Positions 24,376 to 33,580 of a DNA stretch of 37,227 nt are shown here, piece after piece. Source of the DNA: a virus; IMG/VR virus record IMGVR_UViG_3300029955_000077. The stretch is one strand, 5' to 3'. The notes beneath the pieces are model-generated. The model did not search any database, was not told the origin of the DNA, and saw nothing but the letters and a program-made list of their open reading frames with translations. Position 1 is the first letter of the stretch; each line of letters opens with the position of its first letter. A program made the translations under genes and the position numbers.

Positions 24376-24576
24376 ATGGCAAAGAAAAAAAAGAAAAAAA
24401 GTAGCTCTGACATGGCGGCTGATTTGAAAAGCGCATTGCAGTCGTTAAACAAGATGATTGGCTATGCAAAATACGTCGAAGAAATGGATTGGTGGTATTT
24501 CAGGGAAGAAGTGCAACCGGGTTGGAAAAATGATTTAGCGGAAGCCGAAGCTATTGCGGCAAAGTTACACACTTAA
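24376..24576 (+). CDS. hypothetical small protein whose N-terminus duplicates the Ku N-terminus
   Basis: A copy of the 21371-21396 promoter lies upstream. The first ~20 codons (KKKKKKSSSDMAADLKSAL) parallel Ku's TKKSSSDVAADLKSAM. Confidence 0.5.
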   Translation: MAKKKKKKSSSDMAADLKSALQSLNKMIGYAKYVEEMDWWYFREEVQPGWKNDLAEAEAIAAKLHT

Positions 24577-24583
24577 GGATTCT

Positions 24584-24787
24584 ATGATGACAGACACATT
24601 TACATTTTGTAACCCGGCAGCACGTACAGAGTGGCGCAATGATCACGGGGTGGAGAAATGTGGTGTGGAGTTTGCCTTCACAGAGACAGATGAAGTCTTT
24701 CATGGATTTCCTTTGTTCTACCTGCACATGGAGCGTATCTCCCCGACCAATAAAGCGCTCTTGACAAGGGCGGCAGCAAATGAGTAA
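24584..24787 (+). CDS. hypothetical protein (67 aa)
   Basis: AAGGA site 7 nt before ATG 24584, which follows the upstream stop. Confidence 0.45.
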   Translation: MMTDTFTFCNPAARTEWRNDHGVEKCGVEFAFTETDEVFHGFPLFYLHMERISPTNKALLTRAAANE

Positions 24788-25019
24788 TTTATTTGTTATA
24801 GGGGAAGATGAAAAGCCACAATGCTCCGCTTGCTACAAATTCTTTGAACCGGTGGGGGAATATTTTGAACGGTGTAAAAGCCGAACAAAATTTTCCCCTG
24901 ATTTTCCGAAGTTCGCTGAATCAGATCCTTTTGCATTTTGTTCCGAGAGGTGTGAACAGGCGACAATCGATCAAATGCGAATAACTCGAATTGAGGATGT
25001 CAAACAGTCCGATTTCTAA
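24780..25019 (+). CDS. Cys-rich small protein (79 aa)
   Basis: ATGA overlap. Motif CSAC...C...C.ERC. Confidence 0.45.
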   Translation: MSNLFVIGEDEKPQCSACYKFFEPVGEYFERCKSRTKFSPDFPKFAESDPFAFCSERCEQATIDQMRITRIEDVKQSDF

Positions 25020-25061
25020 AAAATTATCAATCTACCAAGGTCCTTAAAAGAGGTATCCCTT

Positions 25062-25229
25062 ATGTACGATGAAGATGAAGATTTGGATCGTGTAGACCAC
25101 GATTCAGATGATGAAGAAGAATTCGTTGAAGATGATGAAGACGAACTACAGGAACTGGATGTAGACGAACGCGGGCATGTTCGACCACGCCGCCGAAAGT
25201 CCGAAGATCGGGAAGAAGAGGATGTGTGA
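25062..25229 (+). CDS. highly acidic small protein (55 aa, Asp/Glu >45%)
   Basis: AGAGG Shine-Dalgarno site. Sequence MYDEDEDLDRVDHDSDDEEEFVEDDEDELQELDVDE... Confidence 0.5.
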   Translation: MYDEDEDLDRVDHDSDDEEEFVEDDEDELQELDVDERGHVRPRRRKSEDREEEDV

Positions 25230-25528
25230 AAATTTTATTTGTCTTCGCACTGCTGGCATTTTCAGGATTATCAATCTGGAGAATAAAAAACTCAGTTGTT
25301 AGTTATCCGCATACGGGGGCTGCTCATACGGGGGCTGCTCATACGGGGGCTGCTCATACGGGGGCTGCTCTAATTGCACCCCCGAGTTTACCACCATGTC
25401 TAGGCAATTGTGAGTTTTGGGGAGATTTTTCAGCTATTCCGACCCCAGAAATTCGTTCCTCTCCGCTATTTGATTCCATCTGCGTAACAGGAAATCCCTG
25501 CAATCAGCGAAAATTGAACTTTATATAA
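25226..25528 (+). CDS. exported or membrane protein with a 4x PHTGAA repeat
   Basis: GTG start overlapping the upstream stop. Hydrophobic N-terminus MKILFVFALLAFSGLSIW. 15-bp tandem repeats at 25311-25370. Confidence 0.45.
   Translation: MKILFVFALLAFSGLSIWRIKNSVVSYPHTGAAHTGAAHTGAAHTGAALIAPPSLPPCLGNCEFWGDFSAIPTPEIRSSPLFDSICVTGNPCNQRKLNFI
25311..25370 (+). repeat. perfect 15-bp tandem repeat x4 (atacgggggctgctc)
   Basis: Seen directly. It keeps the reading frame and encodes HTGAA. Confidence 0.85.
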
Positions 25529-25723
25529 ACCCAAAAATGTGGTATTATATTGAGTATCAGGATTCAAATGATAAAATTATGGAAGCGGTTTCGAAAATGG
25601 TATCGATGGAAGTTATTCGGTATTATAGAATGTGTAAAGCCAACAGGCACCACCAGCTTGCTAGCAAAAATCTCTAGCGGTATTCATCCAACCTTCAGCA
25701 GAACATACATCAGGAGGTACTAG

Positions 25724-26017
25724 ATGCCAGCAGAAAGTAAGTCTCATTGTGATAAGAAGAAGGTGTGGAGCATCGGTGAAGAATCAGAGCTGTTCGCGGC
25801 TCGTTCTGAGAAAGAGGTACGGGAGTTTTATGTTGAACTAGTCGGGCAAGATGATGCAGCAGAAGCGTTTGAAAGTGACTTCACAGAACGAGATTTGGCA
25901 GAGGAGTGGGAGTTTGATTTTGACGGCGTGAGAAAGACAATGACGCTGGCAGAACTGTTGCGCGATATTCACGCGCATACTGCCATGCCAAATCAGGTTA
26001 GCACGTCTTACAACTAA
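25724..26017 (+). CDS. hypothetical acidic protein (97 aa)
   Basis: Strong AGGAGG Shine-Dalgarno site. Confidence 0.55.
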   Translation: MPAESKSHCDKKKVWSIGEESELFAARSEKEVREFYVELVGQDDAAEAFESDFTERDLAEEWEFDFDGVRKTMTLAELLRDIHAHTAMPNQVSTSYN

Positions 26018-26026
26018 GGGGTAAAT

Positions 26027-26434
26027 ATGAGTCATAAAAATGATCCAGATTATCATGATATAAAAGCTAAAATTCTACTTGAAACCGCAACCCATCTCAA
26101 AACTCTAGTTAAAAACAACTCCAAAGGCAATTTATGTCACGGTGATCAACCAGGTCTCCTAGAAGCCGCCGCAGAGCTGCGTAGGATGGCTTCTAATGCA
26201 CGCCGAGCCCATAAGAAGGTACAAGATGACCGCCGACAGAAGTCGCGCAAGGAAAGCCTGGATAAAAGAGAAAATACGTTGAGCAAGTATCGCAATAAAG
26301 AAGCGGTTGCTTTGGATATCGACACGACAGTATTTGGTGATATTCTCCCGTCTTGTGACGAAGAAGAAAGCTCGCGGGATATAAGAACGTTAAAGCGCCT
26401 TTGGAACAACATCCCAAGACTCAATAGAAATTAG
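26027..26434 (+). CDS. hypothetical basic protein (135 aa)
   Basis: ATG ORF. Confidence 0.5.
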   Translation: MSHKNDPDYHDIKAKILLETATHLKTLVKNNSKGNLCHGDQPGLLEAAAELRRMASNARRAHKKVQDDRRQKSRKESLDKRENTLSKYRNKEAVALDIDTTVFGDILPSCDEEESSRDIRTLKRLWNNIPRLNRN

Positions 26435-26512
26435 GGGGCATAAGCAGCTTGTTTCTGCTACAAGCGACCCATGGCAGCCGCCGCAAATTCAAAAAAAGGA
26501 TGACGACAATCA

Positions 26513-26815
26513 ATGAGATTTTCTTATGACGAAGACGCAGATGTGATGTATATCCGCTTCTCAGAGTCGTCCTCTACCACATCATACTTAGAGAATGACA
26601 ATGGAGACATCCTCCGCTTCGACGAAGCAACTGAGAAACTTGTAGGCGTTACTATCCCTTGGTTCAAGGAAAGAATTCTTAAGGGAGACATTTTAGATAT
26701 TCCAGAAATCGAGGCAATTCCATTTGGTTCGGACATGAGAAAGTTGATAAACTCTAGAACGGTACGATCAAAAAATTCGGCCCTACTAAAGCCGGAGAAT
26801 GAGATTGATTTATGA
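26513..26815 (+). CDS. DUF2283-like small protein
   Basis: N-terminal MRFSYDEDADVMYIRF matches the DUF2283 signature. Confidence 0.5.
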   Translation: MRFSYDEDADVMYIRFSESSSTTSYLENDNGDILRFDEATEKLVGVTIPWFKERILKGDILDIPEIEAIPFGSDMRKLINSRTVRSKNSALLKPENEIDL

Positions 26816-27009
26816 CATTTGAAATCGATCCACCGGAACCATGCCCTGATTGCGGCAGCACACACCATCGCAGCTGCACAATGAGTGGTGTTGGCCCTGA
26901 ATTAGACATAATTCTTGACCCAGATCCTAAATGTGAGTTTTGTCACGGAACAGGGCGGATTTACGCCCTGATCAATGTGCGGTGTTCTTGCACCTATGGA
27001 AATGAATGA
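26812..27009 (+). CDS. zinc-ribbon protein (65 aa)
   Basis: ATGA overlap. Motifs CPDCG and CEFCHGTG. Confidence 0.45.
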   Translation: MTFEIDPPEPCPDCGSTHHRSCTMSGVGPELDIILDPDPKCEFCHGTGRIYALINVRCSCTYGNE

Positions 27010-27096
27010 ATTCGCCGCGCAAAGCAATTCTAGACCCCCTTTTTATACCCATCATCAATACCTGTGGCGCTGCTTTGAAAGGCAGTATTACAGCTT

Positions 27097-27912
27097 ATGT
27101 CCAACTACTACAACGAATACGAACCGCATGCAGCCGCTTGGTTGCGAAATTTAATCAGCGCGGGTCTGTTGCCAAAAGGGGATGTTGATGAACGAAGCAT
27201 TACAGATGTTACAACTAGCGACCTCGCAGGATACACCCAATGTCACTTCTTCGCCGGGATCGGCGGATGGTCCGTCGCCCTCCAGATCGCAGGAGTGCCA
27301 GACGACTACCCAATCTGGACAGGGAGCTGCCCCTGTCAACCCTTCAGCGCCGCACCTGGAGAACGAAAAGGTACTGCCGATAAACGTCACCTCTGGCCTG
27401 TCTGGTCAGGGCTCATCCGCGAGTGTCGCCCTGCAATTTGCTTTGGAGAACAAGTTGAGGCAGCTATTAGGTACGGATGGCTCGATATTGTATCGGCAGA
27501 CTTGGAAGATCAAGGCTACGCCGTCGGGGCGGCGATACTTGGCGCTTGTAGCGTCGGCGCTCCCCACAAGCGACAACGGCTATATTGGGTGGCCGACTCC
27601 CAACGCGTCCCAGCACAATTACTACGAGAACCCGGACGGATGGTTAGCGAGACAGGAACAGCGGAAAAAGGACGGCAAGCAGACGTTCGCGATCAACTTG
27701 GGAATAGCGGCGAAGTTCACTTCTGGGACAGCCCTGAGTGGCTCGCCTGTAGAGACGGGCGACAAAGACCATGTGAACCCGGAGTTAGCCCGCTGGCTAA
27801 TGGGATTCCCAACCGGGTGGACAAATTACGCGCCTACGGGAACTCGATCTGCCCTCCGCTCGCCTCGAAATTCATTCAAGCGGTCCTTGAAGCGAAAGAA
27901 GAAATCCAATGA
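27097..27912 (+). CDS. DNA (cytosine-5)-methyltransferase
   Basis: Motif I FFAGIGGW, motif IV PCQPFS and motif X AYGNSI. The gene lies in a GC-rich patch. Confidence 0.8.
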   Translation: MSNYYNEYEPHAAAWLRNLISAGLLPKGDVDERSITDVTTSDLAGYTQCHFFAGIGGWSVALQIAGVPDDYPIWTGSCPCQPFSAAPGERKGTADKRHLWPVWSGLIRECRPAICFGEQVEAAIRYGWLDIVSADLEDQGYAVGAAILGACSVGAPHKRQRLYWVADSQRVPAQLLREPGRMVSETGTAEKGRQADVRDQLGNSGEVHFWDSPEWLACRDGRQRPCEPGVSPLANGIPNRVDKLRAYGNSICPPLASKFIQAVLEAKEEIQ

Positions 27913-28364
27913 CGACACCGCTTAACCGATCAGTCAATTGCCGTGTATGCGGTGTGCTCATTCCAAAACCACGCTCATCCAACAGGAAGTATTGCAGCGA
28001 TGCACACGCCCAGAAAGGGTTCCGCCTAGACCATCCCGACCATGAAAAGGAAAGGTACCAGAAGGACAAACAGGGATGCAGGGCACGTCATTTGATTCGT
28101 AAGTATAAAGGGTTCACCCAAGCCGACTATGACAAAATGCTTGCCGAACAAAACGGGGCGTGCAAGATATGCGAATGCAGGCAGGAGAAGTGCCTTGACA
28201 TTGACCACGACCACAAGACTGGACGAGTTCGTGGCCTGCTTTGTCACAACTGCAATTTGATGCTAGGAAACGCCCACGACGATCCAGAAACACTCGCCAA
28301 GGCGATTAAATACTTGGCAAGTCGCGGCGGCATCGTGAAGGCAATTATTGACGAGGTGCGGTAA
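27909..28364 (+). CDS. recombination endonuclease VII family protein
   Basis: CKICE...LDIDHDHKTGRVRGLLCHNCNLMLG matches the Endo VII signature. ATGA overlap with the methyltransferase. Confidence 0.8.
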   Translation: MTTPLNRSVNCRVCGVLIPKPRSSNRKYCSDAHAQKGFRLDHPDHEKERYQKDKQGCRARHLIRKYKGFTQADYDKMLAEQNGACKICECRQEKCLDIDHDHKTGRVRGLLCHNCNLMLGNAHDDPETLAKAIKYLASRGGIVKAIIDEVR

Positions 28365-28378
28365 TCAAAGGATAAAAA

Positions 28379-28738
28379 ATGATGATCCGAGAATGGAAGC
28401 AAACCAAGGCCGAACGCCTGATGATCCTCTTCGAGTCCGCCGGTCCCTCAGGGCTTACGCTGAACGACCTCGTTGAGTTGTTTGATGGCACAAAGCGCAA
28501 CGGCATCTACCCGCTCATCCACAAGCTCATCCAAAGAGGGTGGGCTGAAGAGGCGGGCAAAGTCACTAACGCCGCTCGTGTGGCTTGTCCTACGTGCGGG
28601 AAATATCCGAATGCGAATCCCCTCGTCATCGCATGGCGGCTCACCGAGGCTGGTCGCATCGCCATAGCCCTCATTCAAACCAACTTGCCCCCAAGTCGCG
28701 GCGATGTTCGTGAAGTGCGTCTTATAGAAAAGCGTTAG
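28379..28738 (+). CDS. putative winged-helix DNA-binding protein with a CPTCG insert
   Basis: Weak similarity to MarR/winged-helix proteins. GC-rich. Confidence 0.4.
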   Translation: MMIREWKQTKAERLMILFESAGPSGLTLNDLVELFDGTKRNGIYPLIHKLIQRGWAEEAGKVTNAARVACPTCGKYPNANPLVIAWRLTEAGRIAIALIQTNLPPSRGDVREVRLIEKR

Positions 28739-28803
28739 CCCTGCGAGAGCAGCATTCAAAGCGAACGCTACGCAAGGCAGCACGCACTGGATGCTTAGCC
28801 GCT

Positions 28804-29055
28804 ATGTCAAGGAGTTGTTTCGTGTACCTACCCGGAGTTTGGCGTTCTGATGTTTTGGGGCATTTGCTAATCTTGAAAATTGATCCTGTCTCCGTTACAT
28901 GTATCGTCTGCATAGAAACCTGCTCCCGGCTGGAGTACAAAACAACAAAAAATTTTAAAGAAGCCGCTGAAAAATTTGTTAGTAAGCATGGCGCTCTGCA
29001 TCAAAGAATCTCCAATTCTATTGCAGATTTAGTCCCTCCTACTGCAATCACCTAA
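28804..29055 (+). CDS. hypothetical protein (83 aa)
   Basis: ATG ORF. Confidence 0.3.
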   Translation: MSRSCFVYLPGVWRSDVLGHLLILKIDPVSVTCIVCIETCSRLEYKTTKNFKEAAEKFVSKHGALHQRISNSIADLVPPTAIT

Positions 29056-29080
29056 TATAGACCCCTCTTGTGAGGGGTAT

Positions 29081-29386
29081 ATGTACTACGAGCGTTTAAT
29101 ATTTGCTACAGAAATAGAACGAGCAGGTACGAGACAACTTTTGTCTGATGCATTTCCCCTCTCCAAGTTGTGGTATGTACAAGATGAAATTGATTTTATT
29201 ATGGAATGGGAAGTAGACATCCCAAAAGATATCTTTTTTCAATATGTGGCTACTACCGCCGGTCCCGCTGCACTTCTTTTGCATTCTTGTTTCAATCTTT
29301 CCTTAGCCCTGCATGATCCACCTCTTTGGATAATTCACGAATTACGAAAGTTATGCTATCAACTCCCCGCCAGTGGTATTAAGTAG
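29081..29386 (+). CDS. hypothetical protein (101 aa)
   Basis: ATG ORF. Confidence 0.4.
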   Translation: MYYERLIFATEIERAGTRQLLSDAFPLSKLWYVQDEIDFIMEWEVDIPKDIFFQYVATTAGPAALLLHSCFNLSLALHDPPLWIIHELRKLCYQLPASGIK

Positions 29387-29387
29387 T

Positions 29388-31361
29388 ATGGAAGAAGTAC
29401 AAAATTTATGCCCTTTGGTGACGCAATACGCCACAAGTGACATCTATAATGTTATTGAACGTCCTTTCTCCGCTCTGGATGAAGCTACGCTAGAACGTTT
29501 GTATCTTATACGCCGTTGGCCAATTGATGTAGAAAAAAACCCCATACCTTTCAAACGACCTTCTACAGTACGTAATTTTTTATGGGATGTACTGAAAGAA
29601 CAACTTACTGACGAACCTTTCATAATCAGGGAATTCCAAAAACAAGCCATCCATCACCTGGCACGTATGCCCAGGTTTATTTTAGGGGATGCGGTGGGTC
29701 TTGGAAAAACGCCAGATGTTTTAGTTGCATTTGCTTCGTTGAAAGCTAAAAATCCAAGTATCAAAATGGTGGTCATTACGACTAAGACGACTACCTTTCA
29801 ATGGTTTGATGAATGCCATAAATATACTACTCTCAGACCCAAGGTGATGACAGATACGTATCGAGGATTAAATTCATCGGAAGCTCGATATCAGCAAATG
29901 ATTCATTTTTTTGAAGGGGATGAGCATGATATTCTTATCGCTAAATATGATTCTCTCAAAGGGCAGCGTAAGAAATTGGAGAACGGTAAAAAAGAGAAAG
30001 TATCAGAAGAAATTCTAACTTTTAAAGAGATATTCAAAAAGCACAGGGAAAACACAATTCTTACCCTAGATGAATCTCATCGCTTTAAATCTACCGGCAC
30101 TCAGACTAGACAATTGATTGTAAATATTTGCCGGTACCCAGAACGAGTATGGGCTCTTACCGCAACTGTAATCAAAAATAACCTTGATGAGTTTTATGCG
30201 ATTGCTACGGCTATAGGAATTAAACCTTTGGGCACAGTAGCAGAATTTCGTTCAGAATATTGTATTTGGCGAGAGCAGATTGTAAATCGCCAAGGATTTA
30301 AAAAAAGATTTATTGTAGGGTATCAGAATGTGGCGTTTTTTAAAGAGCAACTTCGACCGTTTTTCTTCGGTAGGTCACAACGGCAAGTCAATGAGCCTTT
30401 ACCGATTCTCTCTACAGTAATTCATCCGGTAGATTTGAATGCCAAGCAAGCAAAAATACTTATTGGTCTACCTCAAGGGAAGATAGAGTTACCGCCTATT
30501 CTGTTTAAAGTAGCTGGGGAATGCTTCTCCAAAGATAGGGATTATGAAAATGAAATGACCCAACTTAGTGTACAGCAATTGGTAGCTAACCATTGGGCCC
30601 TGCTGGATCGTAATACTGAAAGTACATTTCATACATTATCTCTATCACCAAAAGAAGAGATGCTTTTGGATATGTTAGATGGAGAATATAGGGGGGAGAA
30701 GGTAATCGTTTTTACCAAATACCGCTCTTGGATTGATCGTTTAGAATGGCTTACTAAAAATGGTCATTTTACAAAACGTAAATTTTTACGAATCACAGGC
30801 AATGAAAATGAAACTCAGCGTAACGATAATAAACGTTTATTTCAATCTCCAGATTCAGAACATGATTTGATAGTGATGTCATCCGCTGGCGTAGAAGGGG
30901 TTAATCTTCAACAAGCGGCCCACATGATACTTTTAGATGTTCCTTGGTCTTGGGGAGATTTGATACAACTCGTGGGCAGAATGGTACGAATGGCATCCCC
31001 ACATTCGGCCTGTACATTGCATATTATGGCGGCAAGAGGTACAATCGATGAATACACTATAGAAGTCCTCAAAGGTAAAAAGGGAGTTTTCGAGGCAATT
31101 CTGGGGGATAGTCACTCCGCAGGTATTTTGGATTCCGGTGGAAATTTCGATATTGATTCCGGAATGGAGCAAAGCGGTACTGAAGTAGAATTTAAGGCCT
31201 TACTTCGGGCCCACTGTAAGAAAGTTGGTCTAAAGTCCTTTCTTAAGGGTGATCTGGTGAAACATGCTCAAGATGATGTAGAATATAGGATGTCGTTTGA
31301 ACGCGAACCTAAAAAACTAAAATATAATTTTGATGAGGATTGTTCATGGTTGACGGATTAG
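29388..31361 (+). CDS. SNF2-family DNA helicase/ATPase
   Basis: Motif I LGDAVGLGKT, motif II LDESHRFK, TATVIKNNLDEFY, and C-terminal helicase motifs SSAGVEGVNLQ...QLVGRMVRM. Confidence 0.8.
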   Translation: MEEVQNLCPLVTQYATSDIYNVIERPFSALDEATLERLYLIRRWPIDVEKNPIPFKRPSTVRNFLWDVLKEQLTDEPFIIREFQKQAIHHLARMPRFILGDAVGLGKTPDVLVAFASLKAKNPSIKMVVITTKTTTFQWFDECHKYTTLRPKVMTDTYRGLNSSEARYQQMIHFFEGDEHDILIAKYDSLKGQRKKLENGKKEKVSEEILTFKEIFKKHRENTILTLDESHRFKSTGTQTRQLIVNICRYPERVWALTATVIKNNLDEFYAIATAIGIKPLGTVAEFRSEYCIWREQIVNRQGFKKRFIVGYQNVAFFKEQLRPFFFGRSQRQVNEPLPILSTVIHPVDLNAKQAKILIGLPQGKIELPPILFKVAGECFSKDRDYENEMTQLSVQQLVANHWALLDRNTESTFHTLSLSPKEEMLLDMLDGEYRGEKVIVFTKYRSWIDRLEWLTKNGHFTKRKFLRITGNENETQRNDNKRLFQSPDSEHDLIVMSSAGVEGVNLQQAAHMILLDVPWSWGDLIQLVGRMVRMASPHSACTLHIMAARGTIDEYTIEVLKGKKGVFEAILGDSHSAGILDSGGNFDIDSGMEQSGTEVEFKALLRAHCKKVGLKSFLKGDLVKHAQDDVEYRMSFEREPKKLKYNFDEDCSWLTD

Positions 31362-31699
31362 TGCTATTTTCTCTTTTAGGGTTATCTGTAGTGGCGATCA
31401 TATATACCAGTGTTTCTTTTTATATGAAAGGGTATTTCGCTGGTATGACGAAAGAAGCCAAAGGTTGGCTTGCTGCTTTAGCTGAAGTTACTCCCCCCAA
31501 TTGGCAATCCTTACCGGTTAGCATGGTGGATGGAGAGAAAAACGGTCTTTCTAAAGAGCAAATTGAAGACGCTAATAAAATGTATGTAGCCGCATTCAAA
31601 ATAGCCTTGGACGCTATTCGTGATGAGGTTATAATAAATAGAATTACTGAAGTCCAAAAAGATATTGAAAAAAAGACCCTGTTAAAATCGGATGTGTGA
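31346..31699 (+). CDS. membrane protein (N-terminal transmembrane segment)
   Basis: Hydrophobic N-terminus. It overlaps the end of the helicase gene. Confidence 0.45.
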   Translation: MVDGLVLFSLLGLSVVAIIYTSVSFYMKGYFAGMTKEAKGWLAALAEVTPPNWQSLPVSMVDGEKNGLSKEQIEDANKMYVAAFKIALDAIRDEVIINRITEVQKDIEKKTLLKSDV

Positions 31700-31700
31700 T

Positions 31701-32000
31701 ATGGGTGATTACGAAACTTTTGTTGAGTACTGCTCTAGACCAAACCCCGTGTATCCTAAAGGTACGAATGGAAAATATATGTGCCCCGTATGCTCTTATT
31801 TCACCTTAGACTCGCCAGGTGTATATAACATCTGCCCTGTTTGTTTTTGGGAAGATGATGGTACTACGGGAGCACATTGTTTTTCCCCCAACGGTACTTC
31901 TCTTGAAGGGGCCAAAGAAAACTTCAAACAATTTGGTGCATGTGAACACGAGGTATTAAAACATGTTCGCCGTCCGCGACCAGAGGAGATGGATCAATGA
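31701..32000 (+). CDS. Cys-rich CPCC-domain protein
   Basis: CPVCSYFTLDSPGVYNICPVCFWEDDG matches the Cys_rich_CPCC family signature. An in-frame ATG at 31692 is an alternative start. Confidence 0.55.
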   Translation: MGDYETFVEYCSRPNPVYPKGTNGKYMCPVCSYFTLDSPGVYNICPVCFWEDDGTTGAHCFSPNGTSLEGAKENFKQFGACEHEVLKHVRRPRPEEMDQ

Positions 32001-32293
32001 GTATCAGTTGGGGTATAATAACACAGGATGTAGACACAGTCACAGGCATTAAGTGTGATAATTGTGAAAGAGAAATTCCTAAAGTTTGGACCGATGGCAT
32101 TCAGGAAGAAGCTCAAGGTAAAAATATGCTTCATGTTTTTTTGAGCGGTGGATATGGGGAATATATCGACGGTGATAGCCACATTCATTTATGTGGCGAT
32201 TGTGCAAAAAAGCTTCGGGAAGCTTTCCCGCTTTTTTCCAAAGTACTAGACGCCACTTTCACCGGCGGACCAGACTGGCGCAACTACAGGTAG
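31997..32293 (+). CDS. zinc-ribbon protein (98 aa)
   Basis: ATGA overlap. Motifs CDNCE and CGDC. Confidence 0.45.
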   Translation: MSISWGIITQDVDTVTGIKCDNCEREIPKVWTDGIQEEAQGKNMLHVFLSGGYGEYIDGDSHIHLCGDCAKKLREAFPLFSKVLDATFTGGPDWRNYR

Positions 32294-32351
32294 TTTGGGA
32301 AGTTCGTAAACGAATACCTCTTCTTGGAATCAATTAGGGTATTAAAATAAT

Positions 32352-32705
32352 ATGGCTTCCGTAAACAAACTCGCTTTGGTAAAGTTAACCTTGAAATCCA
32401 CAATTCTGGGATTGACGCAGTTAGAAAAACTGTGTGTGTTAACAGATTTATATGCCCCTCAGAAAAACCATCCCCGATGGTCGGGGCAATTCGGTGAATC
32501 TAACAAAATCTTAGAGCAAGGTGTTTATGACAGTATGATAACTTTTCGCCGTGTAGCCGATTTATGGGTGAAGTGGCAGGGTCTTTTACAAAATCCCAAC
32601 TCACCAGATCCCCCGGATATGAGAGAAGAAAGAAAATTAGTCAGAGACTGGATAATGGCAACCTTAGATCCTAAACTTGTTGAAGAGATAACGGATAAGC
32701 AATGA
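32352..32705 (+). CDS. hypothetical protein (117 aa)
   Basis: ATG ORF. Confidence 0.45.
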   Translation: MASVNKLALVKLTLKSTILGLTQLEKLCVLTDLYAPQKNHPRWSGQFGESNKILEQGVYDSMITFRRVADLWVKWQGLLQNPNSPDPPDMREERKLVRDWIMATLDPKLVEEITDKQ

Positions 32706-33580
32706 GCGAAGGAATCTCTGGAGTAATGGATGCTTTAAAAGCAGAATCATTGTTAAAAGATTCGCAACTATTTGTCCAAATAGAGAAATTGTGCGCTGAT
32801 CTGCAATACAATACTCAAGATAAACAGTTTGCCTTTGATGATTACTTCAAAATTTTAGTCAATGATATTGATGCCGTTCCCAGGTTACAGCTTGAAAATG
32901 ATGTAGCTCCTGGCACTGAGACTATTTACACCATACAACTTACAACTTCTACAGAACAAATTGTGGATGAGTGTGATCGTATTTCCCGCCGTCTGAATCA
33001 GTTTGAGGGTAAACTCAAGGAAGCGGAACGCAAGATTAATAATGTGAAAGCGGAATTTGTGGCCTGGTATATGTTAGCAGGTGGAACTCTGTTGAGTGAC
33101 TTGAAAGTAAAATTCCCTATGACAGAACTTAGGAAACTGGGGGAAGCGGAATTTTCTAGGCATATGGGCGGATTAGATGTTGCGGTAATTCATTTAATCG
33201 AAGCAATTAAAATTGAAACAACCAAAGTGACTCAGCATAAAGCGGTACAAAAAGAAAAGTACAATCTAGGTAAAGACCAAGCTAACGCTGCTTGGACGAG
33301 CACTTTACCAGCATTTGGAAACACTATGTCCTGGGATAAATCAGATCAGCTTAGTGCAGCTCAAGAACCAGATGATGATATTCCTCCAGTGATCAATTCC
33401 GTGCCTGTGATTGGTGACCAATTCCGTGTATTAGGACTATCTGACATCAAAGGCACATTCTCTGACATCAAAGGCACATTCATTAAAAAGGGGACTCCCC
33501 AACCTATCACACTCGTGACGGATGATTCCAATACTATGAACAAACGTAAATTAATTACGGAAGATGATGAGGTATTATGA
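32702..33580 (+). CDS. hypothetical coiled-coil protein with a 21-bp internal duplication (SDIKGTF x2)
   Basis: ATGA overlap. Tandem copies of ctgacatcaaaggcacattct at 33441-33482. Confidence 0.55.
   Translation: MSEGISGVMDALKAESLLKDSQLFVQIEKLCADLQYNTQDKQFAFDDYFKILVNDIDAVPRLQLENDVAPGTETIYTIQLTTSTEQIVDECDRISRRLNQFEGKLKEAERKINNVKAEFVAWYMLAGGTLLSDLKVKFPMTELRKLGEAEFSRHMGGLDVAVIHLIEAIKIETTKVTQHKAVQKEKYNLGKDQANAAWTSTLPAFGNTMSWDKSDQLSAAQEPDDDIPPVINSVPVIGDQFRVLGLSDIKGTFSDIKGTFIKKGTPQPITLVTDDSNTMNKRKLITEDDEVL

Noticed and set aside
25311-25370. Short perfect direct repeats considered as a possible CRISPR array
   Set aside because: The units are contiguous with no spacers, they are in-frame coding repeats (HTGAA), and there are only four copies.
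27182-27925. 247-aa ORF overlapping the methyltransferase in another frame
   Set aside because: The methyltransferase motifs FAGIGG, PCQPFS and AYGNS are in the 27097 frame. The alternative frame is low-complexity and is open only because of the high GC content.
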